Positions 37,838-48,310 of a stretch of 64,000 bases of DNA are shown here, one piece after another. Source of the stretch: Vicinamibacterales bacterium (GTDB lineage Bacteria > Acidobacteriota > Vicinamibacteria > Vicinamibacterales > CAVVIG01); the NCBI GenBank assembly GCA_050183995.1, contig JBFXAT010000021.1, positions 26-64,025 on the forward strand. The letters run 5' to 3'. Every line of letters starts with the position of its first letter. The first letter of the stretch is position 1. The notes under the pieces were generated by a model, which did no database searches, was not told the DNA's origin, and saw nothing but the letters and a program-made list of their open reading frames with translations. The position numbers were made by a program, and so were the translations under genes.

Positions 37838-38070
37838 AAGTCCTTCTCGCCCGGCTGCGGCCACGCAGCGAGCGGGAGCATCCACATCGGCACGATGCCC
37901 AGCGCGCGACGCCTGAACATGGTGCCGAACTTCGTCACGACGTGCCCGAGCAGGACCTCGGCGACGAGCCTCCGGCCGTGCGCTCGGCCCCGCGGGAGGA
38001 GGATGCACGGGAAGTCCGCCTGCTTGCGCCGCTCACGCGGGCAAGCGGAGACAAGCGACCGCCCTCTCAC
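37834..38070 (-). CDS. Candidate small ORF (up to 78 aa) translationally coupled to the NeuB-like gene
   Basis: Its stop overlaps the NeuB-like GTG (GTGA at 37834-37837). About 90 percent G/C at third codon positions by my count. Hydrophobic C-terminal segment 'ALGIVPMWMLPLAAW'. No homology recognised; could be a gene remnant. Confidence 0.3.
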   Translation of the reverse strand: MRGRSLVSACPRERRKQADFPCILLPRGRAHGRRLVAEVLLGHVVTKFGTMFRRRALGIVPMWMLPLAAWPQPGEKDL

Positions 38071-38254
38071 TTACATCGCGCATCGAAAAGCATGGCAGTG
38101 CAAGCGCCGTCGAGAGGGGTCTCGGACACCTTGAGCGGCGGCAGGAACCCGATATGTTCACGAAGTGAACGTCGATTATGGTTGAAGCCTCGGCTGTACG
38201 TCAAACAGCCGGTGTGGCCAGGCGGGACGGCAGACGAGAGGGGGCGGCCAGCCG

Positions 38255-39562
38255 CTACAGACGGAAGACCGTCGGCCTGGCGTACGCACGCAGCGCGTCG
38301 CGCGTGTCCACGACGAGCGGCAGGGTGGCGATCCGCGCGTAGTCGAACTCGGTGTGGTCGGTGACCACCACCGCGCAATCCATCGGATCGGCCATGGCGC
38401 GCTCGAACTCCAGCGCGGAAGCCGTGTGCCCGGCGTGGCCCAGATCGGCCACGTGTGGATCCGTGTACGACACGATCGCGCCTCGGCGCGCGAGCAGATC
38501 CACGATGTCGAGCGCCGGAGACTCGCGCACGTCGCCGACGTCCTTCTTGTAGGCGACGCCGAACAGGTGAATCTTCGAACCGTTGATCGGCTTGCGCACG
38601 CTGTTCAACGCATCCGCGACGCGCTGCACGACGTAGTCGGGCATCGAACCGTTCACCTGGCCTGCGAGCTCGATGAAGCGGCATTCGAAGCCGCTCTGCC
38701 GCGCCTTCCACGACAGGTAGAACGGATCGATCGGAATGCAGTGCCCGCCGAGTCCCGGCCCGGGATAGAACGGCATGAAGCCGAACGGCTTGGTCTTCGC
38801 CGCGTCGATCACTTCCCACACGTCGATGTCCATCTTCCGGCTCATCAACGCAATCTCGTTCACCAGGCCGATGTTGACCGCTCGAAACGTGTTCTCCAGC
38901 AGCTTCACCATCTCGGCGACGCGCGTCGAGCTGACCGGTACCACGCGCGCGACCACCCGAGCGTACAAGGCGCAGGCGACCGTCGTGCTGGCCTCGCCGT
39001 GGCCGCCGACCACCTTGGGAATCTGGCGTGTCGTGAACTGGGCGTTGCCCGGGTCGACGCGCTCGGGCGAAAACGCCAGCAGGAAATCCTCGCCGGCGAC
39101 GAACCCGCCAGCCTCGAGCATCGGCTGCACGACCTCGTCCGTCGTTCCCGGGTAGGTGGTCGACTCCAGGATGACCAGCTGCCCGCGCCGCAACGTGCGG
39201 GCGGCAGCCTCGACCGCCTGCACCACGTACGACAGGTCGGGATCCTTCGTCTTCCGCAGCGGCGTCGGCACGCAGATGTCGACGACGTCCATCTCGCCGA
39301 GCAGCGTCATCTCGGCGGTCGCGCGCAGGCGCCCGGCACGCACCGCTTCGCCGAGCTCCGAGGTCGGCACGTCCGGGATGTAGCTGACGCCCGCGTTGAT
39401 CTGCGCGTTCTTCGACTCGTCGACGTCGAAGCCGGTGACGTCGAAGCCCGCTCTCGCGAACTCCACGGCGAGCGGGAGCCCGACATACCCGAGACCGATG
39501 ATGCCGATGCGCGCGCGCGTCGACTGGATCCGATCGAGCAGCTCGCTCGCCGCCGCGTTCAT
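38255..39562 (-). CDS. Nucleotide-sugar 6-dehydrogenase (UDP-ManNAc/UDP-GlcNAc dehydrogenase family)
   Basis: Start at 'MNAAASELL' (39562), in an ATGA overlap with the gmd stop. '[14 protein letters not shown]', catalytic '[11 protein letters not shown]'. Confidence 0.9.
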   Translation of the reverse strand: MNAAASELLDRIQSTRARIGIIGLGYVGLPLAVEFARAGFDVTGFDVDESKNAQINAGVSYIPDVPTSELGEAVRAGRLRATAEMTLLGEMDVVDICVPTPLRKTKDPDLSYVVQAVEAAARTLRRGQLVILESTTYPGTTDEVVQPMLEAGGFVAGEDFLLAFSPERVDPGNAQFTTRQIPKVVGGHGEASTTVACALYARVVARVVPVSSTRVAEMVKLLENTFRAVNIGLVNEIALMSRKMDIDVWEVIDAAKTKPFGFMPFYPGPGLGGHCIPIDPFYLSWKARQSGFECRFIELAGQVNGSMPDYVVQRVADALNSVRKPINGSKIHLFGVAYKKDVGDVRESPALDIVDLLARRGAIVSYTDPHVADLGHAGHTASALEFERAMADPMDCAVVVTDHTEFDYARIATLPLVVDTRDALRAYARPTVFRL

Positions 39563-40563
39563 CGAGGCTTCACCGCCCCACCCGCCGCGATCGTCGCTGC
39601 CACGGCGCCGAGCCGCTCGACGTCGGCGTCGACCATCATCTCGACGAGCTGCTTGAAATCGACGCGCGGCTCCCAGCCGAGCTGCGTCCGCGCCTTCGTC
39701 GAGTCGCCGAGGAGATGATCCACTTCGGCCGGGCGCAGCAGGGCCGGATCCTGGTAGACGTGCTCCTGCCAGTCCAGACCGACGCGCGCGAAGGCGATCT
39801 CGATCAACTCCCGCACCGAGTGGCTCACACCGGTCGCGATCACGTAGTCGTCCGGGGTGTCCTGCTGCAGCATCAACCACATGGCGCGCACGTAGTCACC
39901 GGCGAATCCCCAGTCGCGGTGCGCGTCCAGGTTGCCGATGGACAGCTTTTCCTTCAACCCGAGCTTGATCCGCGCGACGCCGTCGGTGACCTTCCGCGTC
40001 ACGAACTCCAGACCGCGGCGGGGCGACTCGTGGTTGAACAACATCCCAGACACCGCGAACAGATCGTAGCTCTCCCGGTAGTTCACGGTGATGTAGTGCG
40101 CGAACACCTTCGAGACGCCGTACGGGCTGCGCGGATAGAACGGCGTCAGCTCGGTCTGCGGCACCTCGCGCACCTTCCCGAACATCTCGCTGGACGACGC
40201 CTGGTAGATGCGGATGCCGCGATCGACGCGCCGCACGGCATCGAGCAGCCGCGTCACGCCCTGGGCATTGAACTCCCCCGTCAGCATCGGCTGATCCCAG
40301 GACGCGGGCACGAACGACATGGCCGCGAGGTTGTACACCTCGTGCGGACGCACCTCCTCGATCACGTTGAGCAGGGAGAGCTGATCGAGCAGGTCGGCCG
40401 GCCGGAGCGTGATGCGATCCTGGAGATGATCGATGCGCCAGGTGTTGGGCGCGCTCAGCCGTCGCGTGATGCCGACGACCTCGTACCCCTCCTCGAGAAG
40501 CAGTTCGGCGAGGTACGAGCCGTCCTGCCCTGTGATGCCGGTGATCAGTGCGCGCTTTGACAT
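39559..40563 (-). CDS. gmd: GDP-mannose 4,6-dehydratase
   Basis: Start at '[23 protein letters not shown]' (40563). 'SPYGVSKV', 'NHESPRRG'. Confidence 0.95.
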   Translation of the reverse strand: MSKRALITGITGQDGSYLAELLLEEGYEVVGITRRLSAPNTWRIDHLQDRITLRPADLLDQLSLLNVIEEVRPHEVYNLAAMSFVPASWDQPMLTGEFNAQGVTRLLDAVRRVDRGIRIYQASSSEMFGKVREVPQTELTPFYPRSPYGVSKVFAHYITVNYRESYDLFAVSGMLFNHESPRRGLEFVTRKVTDGVARIKLGLKEKLSIGNLDAHRDWGFAGDYVRAMWLMLQQDTPDDYVIATGVSHSVRELIEIAFARVGLDWQEHVYQDPALLRPAEVDHLLGDSTKARTQLGWEPRVDFKQLVEMMVDADVERLGAVAATIAAGGAVKPR

Positions 40564-40630
40564 GCAGTCTCCGAAAGACCTTCCGAGGCCAGAACCGTGA
40601 AATTGTACCATCAGGTGGCCAGACACCAAG

Positions 40631-41737
40631 ATGGAACAGGTCGACGTCGCCATTGTCGGAGGAGGAGTGACCGGGCTGGCGACCGCGCGCGCGGTTGCCG
40701 CGGCCGGACTCTCCACGTGCCTGCTGGAGCGGCATCCCCGCGCGGGCATGGAGACGAGCACGCACAACAGTGGCGTGATCCACGCGGGACTGTACTATCC
40801 GCCCGGCTCGCTCAAGGCCCGCCTCGCCGTCGAAGGCAAACAGCTCCTCTACGATTTCTGCGCGCGTCACGGCGTCCCCCACGCCCGCTGCGGCAAGCTC
40901 ATCGTCGCCGCCGACGCGGGCGAGGTCGATCGGCTCGAAGCGCTCCGGCGCAATGCCGAGGCGAGCGGCGTCGACGATCTGGTCGAGGTCGATCGCACCT
41001 TCATCGCGCGCCGGGAACCGTTCGTGCGCGGCCTGGCCGCGCTCCATTCGCCGTCGACCGGCATTCTGGACGCCGACGCGTACGTCCGCGCCCTGCTGGG
41101 CTCGGCGGAGGAGGCGGGCGCGATCGTGCTGCGAGGCACTCGCCTCCTCGGCGCGGGTCCGCACCGGGCCGGCCTGGAGCTCGATACCGGACGCGAACGC
41201 ATCGTGGCCGCGCAGGTCGTCAACGCGGCCGGTGTCCATGCGGACGACGTGTCGGTGATGCTCGGAGGCGAGCGCTTCTCGATCCATCCGTGCCGGGGCG
41301 AGTACGCCGAGCTCGCACCGAGCGTTCGCCCCCGCGTCAGCGGCCTCGTGTACCCGGTTCCCGGCCCCTCGGAACACGGTCTCGGCGTACATCTCGTCCG
41401 GACGATGGCCGGGCAGGTCTGGCTCGGACCGACGATCCGCTTTCAGCACGAGAAAGACGACTACGAGCGCGAGCGACTTCCCGTGGACGCCTTCCTTGCA
41501 CCCGCGCGCCGCCTGCTTCCGTGGATCGCGCTCGAGGATCTCCGACTCGCCGGCGCCGGGATCCGCGCGAAACTGCATGGCCCGAACGAACCGTTCGCAG
41601 ATTTCCTGATCCGGCGCGATCGCGTGAACGACAGGCTCGTGCAGGCCTCCGGCATCGAATCGCCAGGGCTGACCGCAAGTCTTGCAATCGGCACGCTGCT
41701 CGCGGACATCGTCATTGGCCGGGACGGTGAGCGCTGA
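40631..41737 (+). CDS. FAD-dependent oxidoreductase, L-2-hydroxyglutarate oxidase (LhgO)-like
   Basis: '[14 protein letters not shown]', '[19 protein letters not shown]', '[14 protein letters not shown]'. The only plus-strand gene inside the glycan locus. Confidence 0.8.
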   Translation: MEQVDVAIVGGGVTGLATARAVAAAGLSTCLLERHPRAGMETSTHNSGVIHAGLYYPPGSLKARLAVEGKQLLYDFCARHGVPHARCGKLIVAADAGEVDRLEALRRNAEASGVDDLVEVDRTFIARREPFVRGLAALHSPSTGILDADAYVRALLGSAEEAGAIVLRGTRLLGAGPHRAGLELDTGRERIVAAQVVNAAGVHADDVSVMLGGERFSIHPCRGEYAELAPSVRPRVSGLVYPVPGPSEHGLGVHLVRTMAGQVWLGPTIRFQHEKDDYERERLPVDAFLAPARRLLPWIALEDLRLAGAGIRAKLHGPNEPFADFLIRRDRVNDRLVQASGIESPGLTASLAIGTLLADIVIGRDGER

Positions 41738-41778
41738 GCGGATCAGCCGCGGACCGCTGCGGCCCGCGCGCGTGGCGT

Positions 41779-42621
41779 CTATGACGAGAGATATCGCGCG
41801 AGCGCGTCCCGCCAGTCAGGCATCGACACGCCGGCCGCCGCGAGCTTCGCGTTCGAAAGGGCGCAGAACTGCGGGCGCTCGGCCGGCAGATTGACATCCT
41901 TCACACTCACGATCTCGAAACGCGGCTCGGCGCCCAGCAGCCGCGCGGCCTCCGTCGCCACCTCCAGCCAGGTTCCGGATCCGCTGTTGACGCAGTGGTA
42001 GACGCCTGGCGCTGCCCGACGCTCGATCAGTGCACGCGTGGCGCGCGCGGCGTCGACGACGTAGGTGGGTGACACCGTGCGATCGCGGAACACCCTGACG
42101 GTTGCGCCGGCCCGGAGCCCGCTCACGATTGCGGCGACGCTGCCCTTCGGCGTCGCGCCCGGCGCATGCCCGAAGAGACTCTCGACGCGAAGGACGTAGG
42201 CGGCCGGGGCATCCCGTGCGAACCACTCCCCGAGGAGCTTCGAGACGGCGTAGACGCTGCGCGGATTGGGGGCCTCGTCCTCGGTCATCGGCGAGGTCGC
42301 GGTCCCGTCGAACACGAAGTCGCTGCTGAACTGCACCAGCACGGCTCCCGTTTGACACGCCGCGCGCGCCAGCGAGCGCACGGCGAGCGCGTTGGCCTGC
42401 AGCGCGTCGACGGGATGGGACTCCGCGGCGTCGACGGCGTTGTACCCGGCACAGTTGACGATCGCGTCCGGACGCGCCGCGATCACCGCGTCGGCCGCCG
42501 CCGCACCCGCCGTGATATCGAACGACGCCCGATCGAAGGCCGTCACGTCGTGGTGGCCGCTGCACTCCTGGACCATTGCGGCACCCAGCTGCCCTCGCGC
42601 CCCGACCACGGCAATGCGCAT
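41779..42621 (-). CDS. RfbD-family (dTDP-4-dehydrorhamnose reductase-like) NAD(P)H sugar reductase
   Basis: '[13 protein letters not shown]', 'YAVSKLLGE'. The ATG shares one nt with the upstream stop (TGATG at 42619-42623). Confidence 0.85.
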   Translation of the reverse strand: MRIAVVGARGQLGAAMVQECSGHHDVTAFDRASFDITAGAAAADAVIAARPDAIVNCAGYNAVDAAESHPVDALQANALAVRSLARAACQTGAVLVQFSSDFVFDGTATSPMTEDEAPNPRSVYAVSKLLGEWFARDAPAAYVLRVESLFGHAPGATPKGSVAAIVSGLRAGATVRVFRDRTVSPTYVVDAARATRALIERRAAPGVYHCVNSGSGTWLEVATEAARLLGAEPRFEIVSVKDVNLPAERPQFCALSNAKLAAAGVSMPDWRDALARYLSS

Positions 42622-43916
42622 CAGATGCCTCTCCCGCTGCCGGCGAACTTCAGCATCTGCTGGTCGTCGAACACGCCTTCCCAGCGCGACACGGCGACCG
42701 CGGCGACGCAGTTGCCCATGACGTTGACGGCGGTCCGTCCCATGTCCATCACGTGGTCGACGCCGAGCAGGATAGCCGCGCCTTCGAGAGGCAGACCGAA
42801 CTGCGTCAGCATCCCGGTCAAGACGACCAGGGCGCCGCGCGGTACGCCGGCGACGCCCTTGCTCGCGAGCATGAGCGTCAACATCATCGTGATCTGCTGT
42901 CCCGGACCGAGCGCGATGCCGGCGAGCTGCGCGACGAACACGCTCGCGGTGGCCATGTAGAGCGTGGTCCCGTCGAGATTGAAGCTGTAGCCGGTCGGCA
43001 GGACGAACGCGGCGATGTTGCGCGGCACGCCGAACCGCTCCATCACCTCCAACGCGCGCGGGAGCGCGGCCTCGGAGCTGGCCGTGGAGAACGCGATCAG
43101 GAACGGCTCCCGAATCGCGCGCATGAACGCGAGGATCGGAACGCGAACCACATAGGACACGCCCAAGACGAGCAGGAGCACGAAGGCCGCGAGCCCCAGG
43201 TACATCACGGCGACGAGCCGTCCGAGCGTCACCAGCACGCCGAGCCCCTGGCCGCCCACGGTGGCGCCTATCGCGGCGAACACGCCGATCGGCGCCAGGA
43301 ACATCACGTAGCCGGTGACTGTGAACATCGCGTGGAGCGTCGCGTCGAGCAGGTCGACGATCGGGCGGCCCTTCGGGCCGATCGCCGCCACTGCGACGCC
43401 GAACAGGGCGGCGAAGACGACGACCTGCAGAATGTCGCCGCGCGCCATCGCGTCGATCACCGACGCGGGAACGATCTGGACGACCATGTCCCACGTGCCG
43501 CGCTGAGCCGTCATCTCAGCCGAGACGGCGCCGGACAGCGGGACGGCGAGCCCAGCCCCGGGCCGGAAGACGTTCACGGCGGCCAGACCGAGGAGCAGCG
43601 CGACGGTCGTCGCGGCTTCGAAATAGAGGATCGTCTTCACGCCAATGCGTCCGATGGCGCGCAGGTCTCCGCCGCCGGCGATGCCCACGACGAGGCTGGA
43701 GAACAGCAGCGGCGCGACGATCATGCGGATGAGCCGCAGGAACAGCTCGGCCAACGGGCGAATGGCCACCGCAAACGACGGCCACAGGTAACCCACCGCG
43801 ATGCCGAGGAGAAGACCGATGAAGATCCGCGCGGTCGGACCCGGACGCAGCCCGCCGGATGCCCGCGCGGCGACGTGGGCGGTTCCTCCTGTTGCGCGCG
43901 TCGGGTCCGCGGTCAT
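42621..43916 (-). CDS. Dicarboxylate/amino acid:cation symporter (DAACS, GltP/DctA family)
   Basis: Start at 'MTADPTR' (43916), in an ATGA overlap with the DegT stop. '[12 protein letters not shown]', 'SSEAALP', '[13 protein letters not shown]', '[13 protein letters not shown]', '[12 protein letters not shown]'. Confidence 0.85.
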   Translation of the reverse strand: MTADPTRATGGTAHVAARASGGLRPGPTARIFIGLLLGIAVGYLWPSFAVAIRPLAELFLRLIRMIVAPLLFSSLVVGIAGGGDLRAIGRIGVKTILYFEAATTVALLLGLAAVNVFRPGAGLAVPLSGAVSAEMTAQRGTWDMVVQIVPASVIDAMARGDILQVVVFAALFGVAVAAIGPKGRPIVDLLDATLHAMFTVTGYVMFLAPIGVFAAIGATVGGQGLGVLVTLGRLVAVMYLGLAAFVLLLVLGVSYVVRVPILAFMRAIREPFLIAFSTASSEAALPRALEVMERFGVPRNIAAFVLPTGYSFNLDGTTLYMATASVFVAQLAGIALGPGQQITMMLTLMLASKGVAGVPRGALVVLTGMLTQFGLPLEGAAILLGVDHVMDMGRTAVNVMGNCVAAVAVSRWEGVFDDQQMLKFAGSGRGI

Positions 43917-45082
43917 CGAGCCGGCCGGGCGCCAGCCTCGACGAGTCCCAGCTGCGCCAGATGCGAAGCGATTGCGTCGACGACGGCCTGCTGCTGCCCG
44001 AGCGAGAGCTCCGAGTAGATCGGGATCGCAATGGTCTCGCCGGCGGCGCGCTCGGCGTGCGGGAAGCTGCCGCGGCGGTACCTGAGATCGGCGAAGCACG
44101 GCTGCAGGTGAAACGGCACGGGGTAGTAGATCTCGTTGCCGATGCCCTGCGCGTCGAGGTGCGCCTTCAAGCGGTCCCGCTCGGGCACGCGGACGACGAA
44201 CTGGTTGAAGATGTGGCGGCGGCCGGGCGGCTCCACCGGCAGCACGACCGCGTCGCTCAGGCCCGCCTCCCTGAAGAGCACGCGATAACGGGCTGCGTTG
44301 ACGCGCCTCGCCTCGGTCCACGCATCCAGATGCGGGGCCTTGACGCGCAGCACCGCCGCCTGCAGCGCATCCATCCTGAAGTTGCCGCCGACGATGTGGT
44401 GGTAGTACTTCGGCTCCATGCCGTGGACGCGCAACAGCCGCGCGCGCGCGGCCAGCGCCGCGTCGTTCGTGGTCACCAGGCCGGCATCCCCGAACGCGCC
44501 GAGGTTCTTGCTCGGGAAGAACGAGAAGCAACCCATCGTCCCCATCCCGCCAGCCGCGCGTCCGGCGTACGTCGCGCCGATGGCCTGTGCCGCATCCTCG
44601 ATCACCGGCACGCCGGCGCGCTCGGCAATCGCGAGGATCGGGTCCATGTCGGCGCAGAGACCGTACAGGTGGACCGGCAGGATGGCCCGCGTCCGCGGCG
44701 TGACGGCCGCCTCCACCGCAGCGGGAGCGATGTTGTACGTCGCGGGATCGATGTCGACGAGCACGGGACGCGCGCCCAGGCGCGCGATGACACCCGCAGT
44801 GGCGAAGAACGAGTAGGTGGTGGTGATGACTTCGTCGCCGGCGGTGATGTCGAGCGCCATCAAGGCGAGCAGCAGCGCATCGGTGCCCGACGAGACCGCC
44901 ACGGCGTGCCCGACCCCGATGAGCGCGGCAATCTCCCGCTCGAAGGCGTCGACCTCCGGGCCCAGGATGAAGCGCTGACTGTCGCACACGCGCGCGACCG
45001 CCGCGAGGATCTCGTCGCGCAAGGGCGCGTACTGCGCCTGGAGATCGAGCAGCGGGACGCCGCGAATCGGCTCTGATGACAC
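43913..45082 (-). CDS. DegT/DnrJ/EryC1/StrS-family PLP sugar aminotransferase
   Basis: '[15 protein letters not shown]', '[11 protein letters not shown]', '[14 protein letters not shown]'. Could be perosamine-synthase-like given gmd nearby, but this is unverified. Confidence 0.9.
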   Translation of the reverse strand: MSSEPIRGVPLLDLQAQYAPLRDEILAAVARVCDSQRFILGPEVDAFEREIAALIGVGHAVAVSSGTDALLLALMALDITAGDEVITTTYSFFATAGVIARLGARPVLVDIDPATYNIAPAAVEAAVTPRTRAILPVHLYGLCADMDPILAIAERAGVPVIEDAAQAIGATYAGRAAGGMGTMGCFSFFPSKNLGAFGDAGLVTTNDAALAARARLLRVHGMEPKYYHHIVGGNFRMDALQAAVLRVKAPHLDAWTEARRVNAARYRVLFREAGLSDAVVLPVEPPGRRHIFNQFVVRVPERDRLKAHLDAQGIGNEIYYPVPFHLQPCFADLRYRRGSFPHAERAAGETIAIPIYSELSLGQQQAVVDAIASHLAQLGLVEAGARPAR

Positions 45083-45097
45083 GGTGCAGAAATTCTA

Positions 45098-45574
45098 CTA
45101 CCGGCCTGCTTTGATCGCGGCGCGCGTCTCGCGATCGGTCTCGCGCCGCTTGATCGTCTCGCGCTTGTCGTAGTCCTTCTTCCCCTTCGCCAGCCCGATC
45201 GCCACCTTGACGCGCCCCTGCTTGAGATACATGCGGAGCGGCACGAGAGTCATGCCCTTCTCCACCGTGCGGCCGATCAGCTTGCGGATCTCGTCGCGGC
45301 GCAGCAGGAGCTTGCGCTGCCGCAGCGGCTCGTGCACGGCGTACCCGCGGTGCGAGTACGGGCTGATGTTCACGTTGTAGAGGAACACCTCCCCGTTCTC
45401 GACCCGCGCGAAGCTGTCGCGCAGGTTCACACGGCCTTCGCGGATCGCCTTCACCTCCGTGCCCAGCAGCACGATGCCCGCCTCGTAGGACTCGAGGATG
45501 TGGTAATCGTGGAACGCCTTGCGGTTCTCGGCGATGTTGGCTTGCGCGAGCTCTCGCGCGGTCTTCTCAGTCAT
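45098..45574 (-). CDS. smpB: SsrA-binding protein
   Basis: Start at '[10 protein letters not shown]'. '[27 protein letters not shown]', 'KLLLRRDEI'. Confidence 0.95.
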   Translation of the reverse strand: MTEKTARELAQANIAENRKAFHDYHILESYEAGIVLLGTEVKAIREGRVNLRDSFARVENGEVFLYNVNISPYSHRGYAVHEPLRQRKLLLRRDEIRKLIGRTVEKGMTLVPLRMYLKQGRVKVAIGLAKGKKDYDKRETIKRRETDRETRAAIKAGR

Positions 45575-45621
45575 TTCTCGATTCGCAACAACCAGGGAAC
45601 GATGGACTCGGCGGCGCCGGA

Positions 45622-46497
45622 TCAGGCCCGGCGGCCGGCGGCGAGCTTCGCCGCGAGCAGCACCGCCGCCACCATGCTCCCGGGATCGGCGATCCCTCGA
45701 CCGGCGATGTCGAAGGCCGTGCCGTGGTCGACCGACGTACGGATGATCGGCAGCCCCAGCGTGACGTTCACCGCCTGGCCGAACGCCAGCAGCTTCACCG
45801 GAATGAGCCCCTGATCGTGATAACACGCCACGACGACGTCGAACTCGCCGCGCACCGCGCGCACGAAGATCGTATCGCCGGGAAACGGCCCGCTCACCCT
45901 GATGCCCTCGGCCCGGCACGCCTCGATCGCCGGTTCGATGGCGTCGGACTCCTCGGTCCCGAACAGCCCGTGCTCACCCGCGTGCGGATTGAGGCCCGCC
46001 ACCCCGATGCGGGGCGACGGGATTCCGAAGCGCGGCAGCTCCGACGCCGTCAACCTGATCGTCCGGCCCATCGACTCCGCGGTGATCGCGCGCGGCACGG
46101 CGGCGATCGGAATGTGGATCGTCGCGAGCACCACGCGAAGCGCCTCGGAGTGGAACATCATCGCGACGTGCGCCGCACCGGTCAGGTGTGCCAGCAGGTC
46201 GGTGTGCCCCGCCCACGGCACGCCGGCGAGCCGGAACGATTCCTTGTTCACCGGCGCGGTCGCTATGGCGTCCACGACGCCGGCGCGTGCGTCCTGCACG
46301 GCGCGCACCACGACGTCGTGGGCAGCGCGGCCCGCGACAGCTGTCAACTCGCCCGCGGCAAAGGATCCCGACGGAGGGGCGTAGACGATCGGTGTGCAGA
46401 CGGCGCGAACGCGCGGATCCTCGGCCGCCTTGCCCGCGATCTCGGGCCCGATTCCGGCGGGATCGCCGACGGTGAGCGCGACACGCGGCAGCGTCAT
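45622..46497 (-). CDS. pdxA: 4-hydroxythreonine-4-phosphate dehydrogenase
   Basis: Start at '[20 protein letters not shown]' (ATGA overlap with the upstream stop). 'GHTDLLA', 'NPHAGE', '[10 protein letters not shown]'. Confidence 0.9.
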   Translation of the reverse strand: MTLPRVALTVGDPAGIGPEIAGKAAEDPRVRAVCTPIVYAPPSGSFAAGELTAVAGRAAHDVVVRAVQDARAGVVDAIATAPVNKESFRLAGVPWAGHTDLLAHLTGAAHVAMMFHSEALRVVLATIHIPIAAVPRAITAESMGRTIRLTASELPRFGIPSPRIGVAGLNPHAGEHGLFGTEESDAIEPAIEACRAEGIRVSGPFPGDTIFVRAVRGEFDVVVACYHDQGLIPVKLLAFGQAVNVTLGLPIIRTSVDHGTAFDIAGRGIADPGSMVAAVLLAAKLAAGRRA

Positions 46498-47273
46498 CGG
46501 CACGAGCAGCCGCCGGAGGAACAGCCGCCCGACCCGCAGCCCGACGGATTGTCGCAGCCGCCCTCGCTGCCGCATCCGCCGTGCACGTGGCCCTTGGCGT
46601 TCGGCAGCTCGTAGCGAAGGCAACACTTCAGCCGGCCGCAAAGGCCCGACAGCTTGGACGGATTCAGGCTCAGCTCCTGCTGCTTGGCCATCTTGATCGA
46701 GACCGGCTCGAACGAGGTCAGAAACGTGGTGCAGCAGAGGGGCCGGCCGCACGTGCCGTACCCACCGAGCAGCTTCGCCTCGTCCCTGACGCCAATCTGC
46801 CGCATCTCGATGCGGGTCCGGAACTCCGCGGCCAGCTCTCGCACGAGCTCGCGGAAGTCGACCCTCGAGTCGGACGTGAAATAGAACAGCAGGCGGGAGC
46901 CGTCGCTCGCCTGCTCGACGCGCGCCAGCTTCATCGCCAGGCCGCGCGCACGGACCTTGAGCAGCGCGACGCGAAACGCCTCCTGCTCGAACTGCTGCTG
47001 CCGCACGCGCGCGACGATGTCATCGTGAGACGCGAGCCGTACCACAGGGGGGACCTCGCATCCGCTGGCGCGGCGCGCGTTCAGATCCGCCGGGGCCGCC
47101 ACGACGGTGCCGACCGCCGGGCCGGTGTCCGTCGCCACCACCACCGCGTCTCCCGGGCGAGGGCGGACGGCGTCGGCCGATTCGCCCGTGGCGTACACGC
47201 GTGGACGCCCCACCGGGGACAGCTTCACGGCCACGAACCGAAGGGGATGCGCGGCGGCGTCGGCCATGGTCAC
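46494..47273 (-). CDS. PSP1 domain protein (RicT/YaaT-like) with Cys/Gly-rich tail
   Basis: 'LLFYFTSDSRVDFRELVRELAAEFRTRIEMRQIGVRDEAK', 'CGRPLCC'. Tail '[28 protein letters not shown]'. Confidence 0.85.
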   Translation of the reverse strand: MTMADAAAHPLRFVAVKLSPVGRPRVYATGESADAVRPRPGDAVVVATDTGPAVGTVVAAPADLNARRASGCEVPPVVRLASHDDIVARVRQQQFEQEAFRVALLKVRARGLAMKLARVEQASDGSRLLFYFTSDSRVDFRELVRELAAEFRTRIEMRQIGVRDEAKLLGGYGTCGRPLCCTTFLTSFEPVSIKMAKQQELSLNPSKLSGLCGRLKCCLRYELPNAKGHVHGGCGSEGGCDNPSGCGSGGCSSGGCSCR

Positions 47274-48286
47274 AGCTGAAGGACCAGCCAGTCGGCGACG
47301 AGCTTGCTGTTGGCGTAGCGATCGAGCGCCGCGAGCGCGCGATCGATGGCGAGAAACGCCAGGCGTCCGCGGTCGCCGGCAAAACTCGCACGCACCCGAT
47401 CGAGCCTGGACGCCAGGTCCGGATTCGCCAGGGCCCGCCGGTCAGCTCCCGACTCGAGCACTTCGACGTCGCGCAGCAGTGAAGCCATCGCGCGCAGCTG
47501 CACGGCGAGCTGCGCCCGGTCGCCCGCGCCTGCGCCGGTCAGCACCTTCGCCTGTTCCATCCGACGCCGCACATCGTCGTGAGTCGCGAGATCGGCCAGC
47601 ACGTTCATCGCGGCACCGCGCGCATCGACGAGGTCGCCCGCTGTGGCCGCGAGGGCGCGGCCGATGCTGCCGTCGGCGAGCGCGGCCACCGCACGTGCTT
47701 CGTCTTCGCCACGACCGCTCGCCAGCAGTGCCCGAGCCACATCGTCCGGGGACAACGGCCGGAAGCGGAGCTGCGGACAGCGGGACCGCACCGTGGGGAG
47801 CAGCAGATCGGGATAGGCAGTGACGAGCAGGAACACGGAGCCTGCAGGGGGCTCTTCGAGCAGCTTCAGCAACGCGTTCTGGGCACCCGGTTCGAGCGCC
47901 TCCGCCTGGTCGACGATCGCGACGCGCCTGCGTCCCTCGAACGGACGATAGGCGGCCCGTTCGACCAGGTCTCGCGCGGCTTCGATCCGGATGTTGCCCT
48001 TTTCGTTCGGCTCGAGAACGAGCACGTCGGGATGGACGCCCCGCGCGATGCGGGTGCACGCCGAGCAGACGCCGCAGGCATCGTGCGCAAGACGATCGCC
48101 GGATTGCGAAGTCGAGGTATCAGGAGAGAGGCAGTTCAGCGCCTGCGCGGATGCGAGGGCAGCCAGACGCTTGCCGACCCCGGACGGGCCGGACAGGATC
48201 AAGCTCGGCGGAAGACTGTCGCCCGCAATGGAGCGCGAGAGCAACGCCACGAGCTTGCCGTGTCCGATGATGTCTCGAAAGGGCAT
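47270..48286 (-). CDS. holB: DNA polymerase III delta-prime subunit
   Basis: 'LILSGPSGVGKRLAA', Zn-like 'CGVCSACTRI', 'LLKLLEEPP', 'RSRC'. Confidence 0.85.
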   Translation of the reverse strand: MPFRDIIGHGKLVALLSRSIAGDSLPPSLILSGPSGVGKRLAALASAQALNCLSPDTSTSQSGDRLAHDACGVCSACTRIARGVHPDVLVLEPNEKGNIRIEAARDLVERAAYRPFEGRRRVAIVDQAEALEPGAQNALLKLLEEPPAGSVFLLVTAYPDLLLPTVRSRCPQLRFRPLSPDDVARALLASGRGEDEARAVAALADGSIGRALAATAGDLVDARGAAMNVLADLATHDDVRRRMEQAKVLTGAGAGDRAQLAVQLRAMASLLRDVEVLESGADRRALANPDLASRLDRVRASFAGDRGRLAFLAIDRALAALDRYANSKLVADWLVLQL

Positions 48287-48310
48287 GCGGAGCCACCGCT
48301 CCGCATCGTA

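Noticed and set aside
45083-45621. tmRNA (ssrA) next to smpB
   Set aside because: The flanks of smpB are occupied by degT and pdxA with 15- and 47-nt spacers, leaving no room for a ~350-nt tmRNA.
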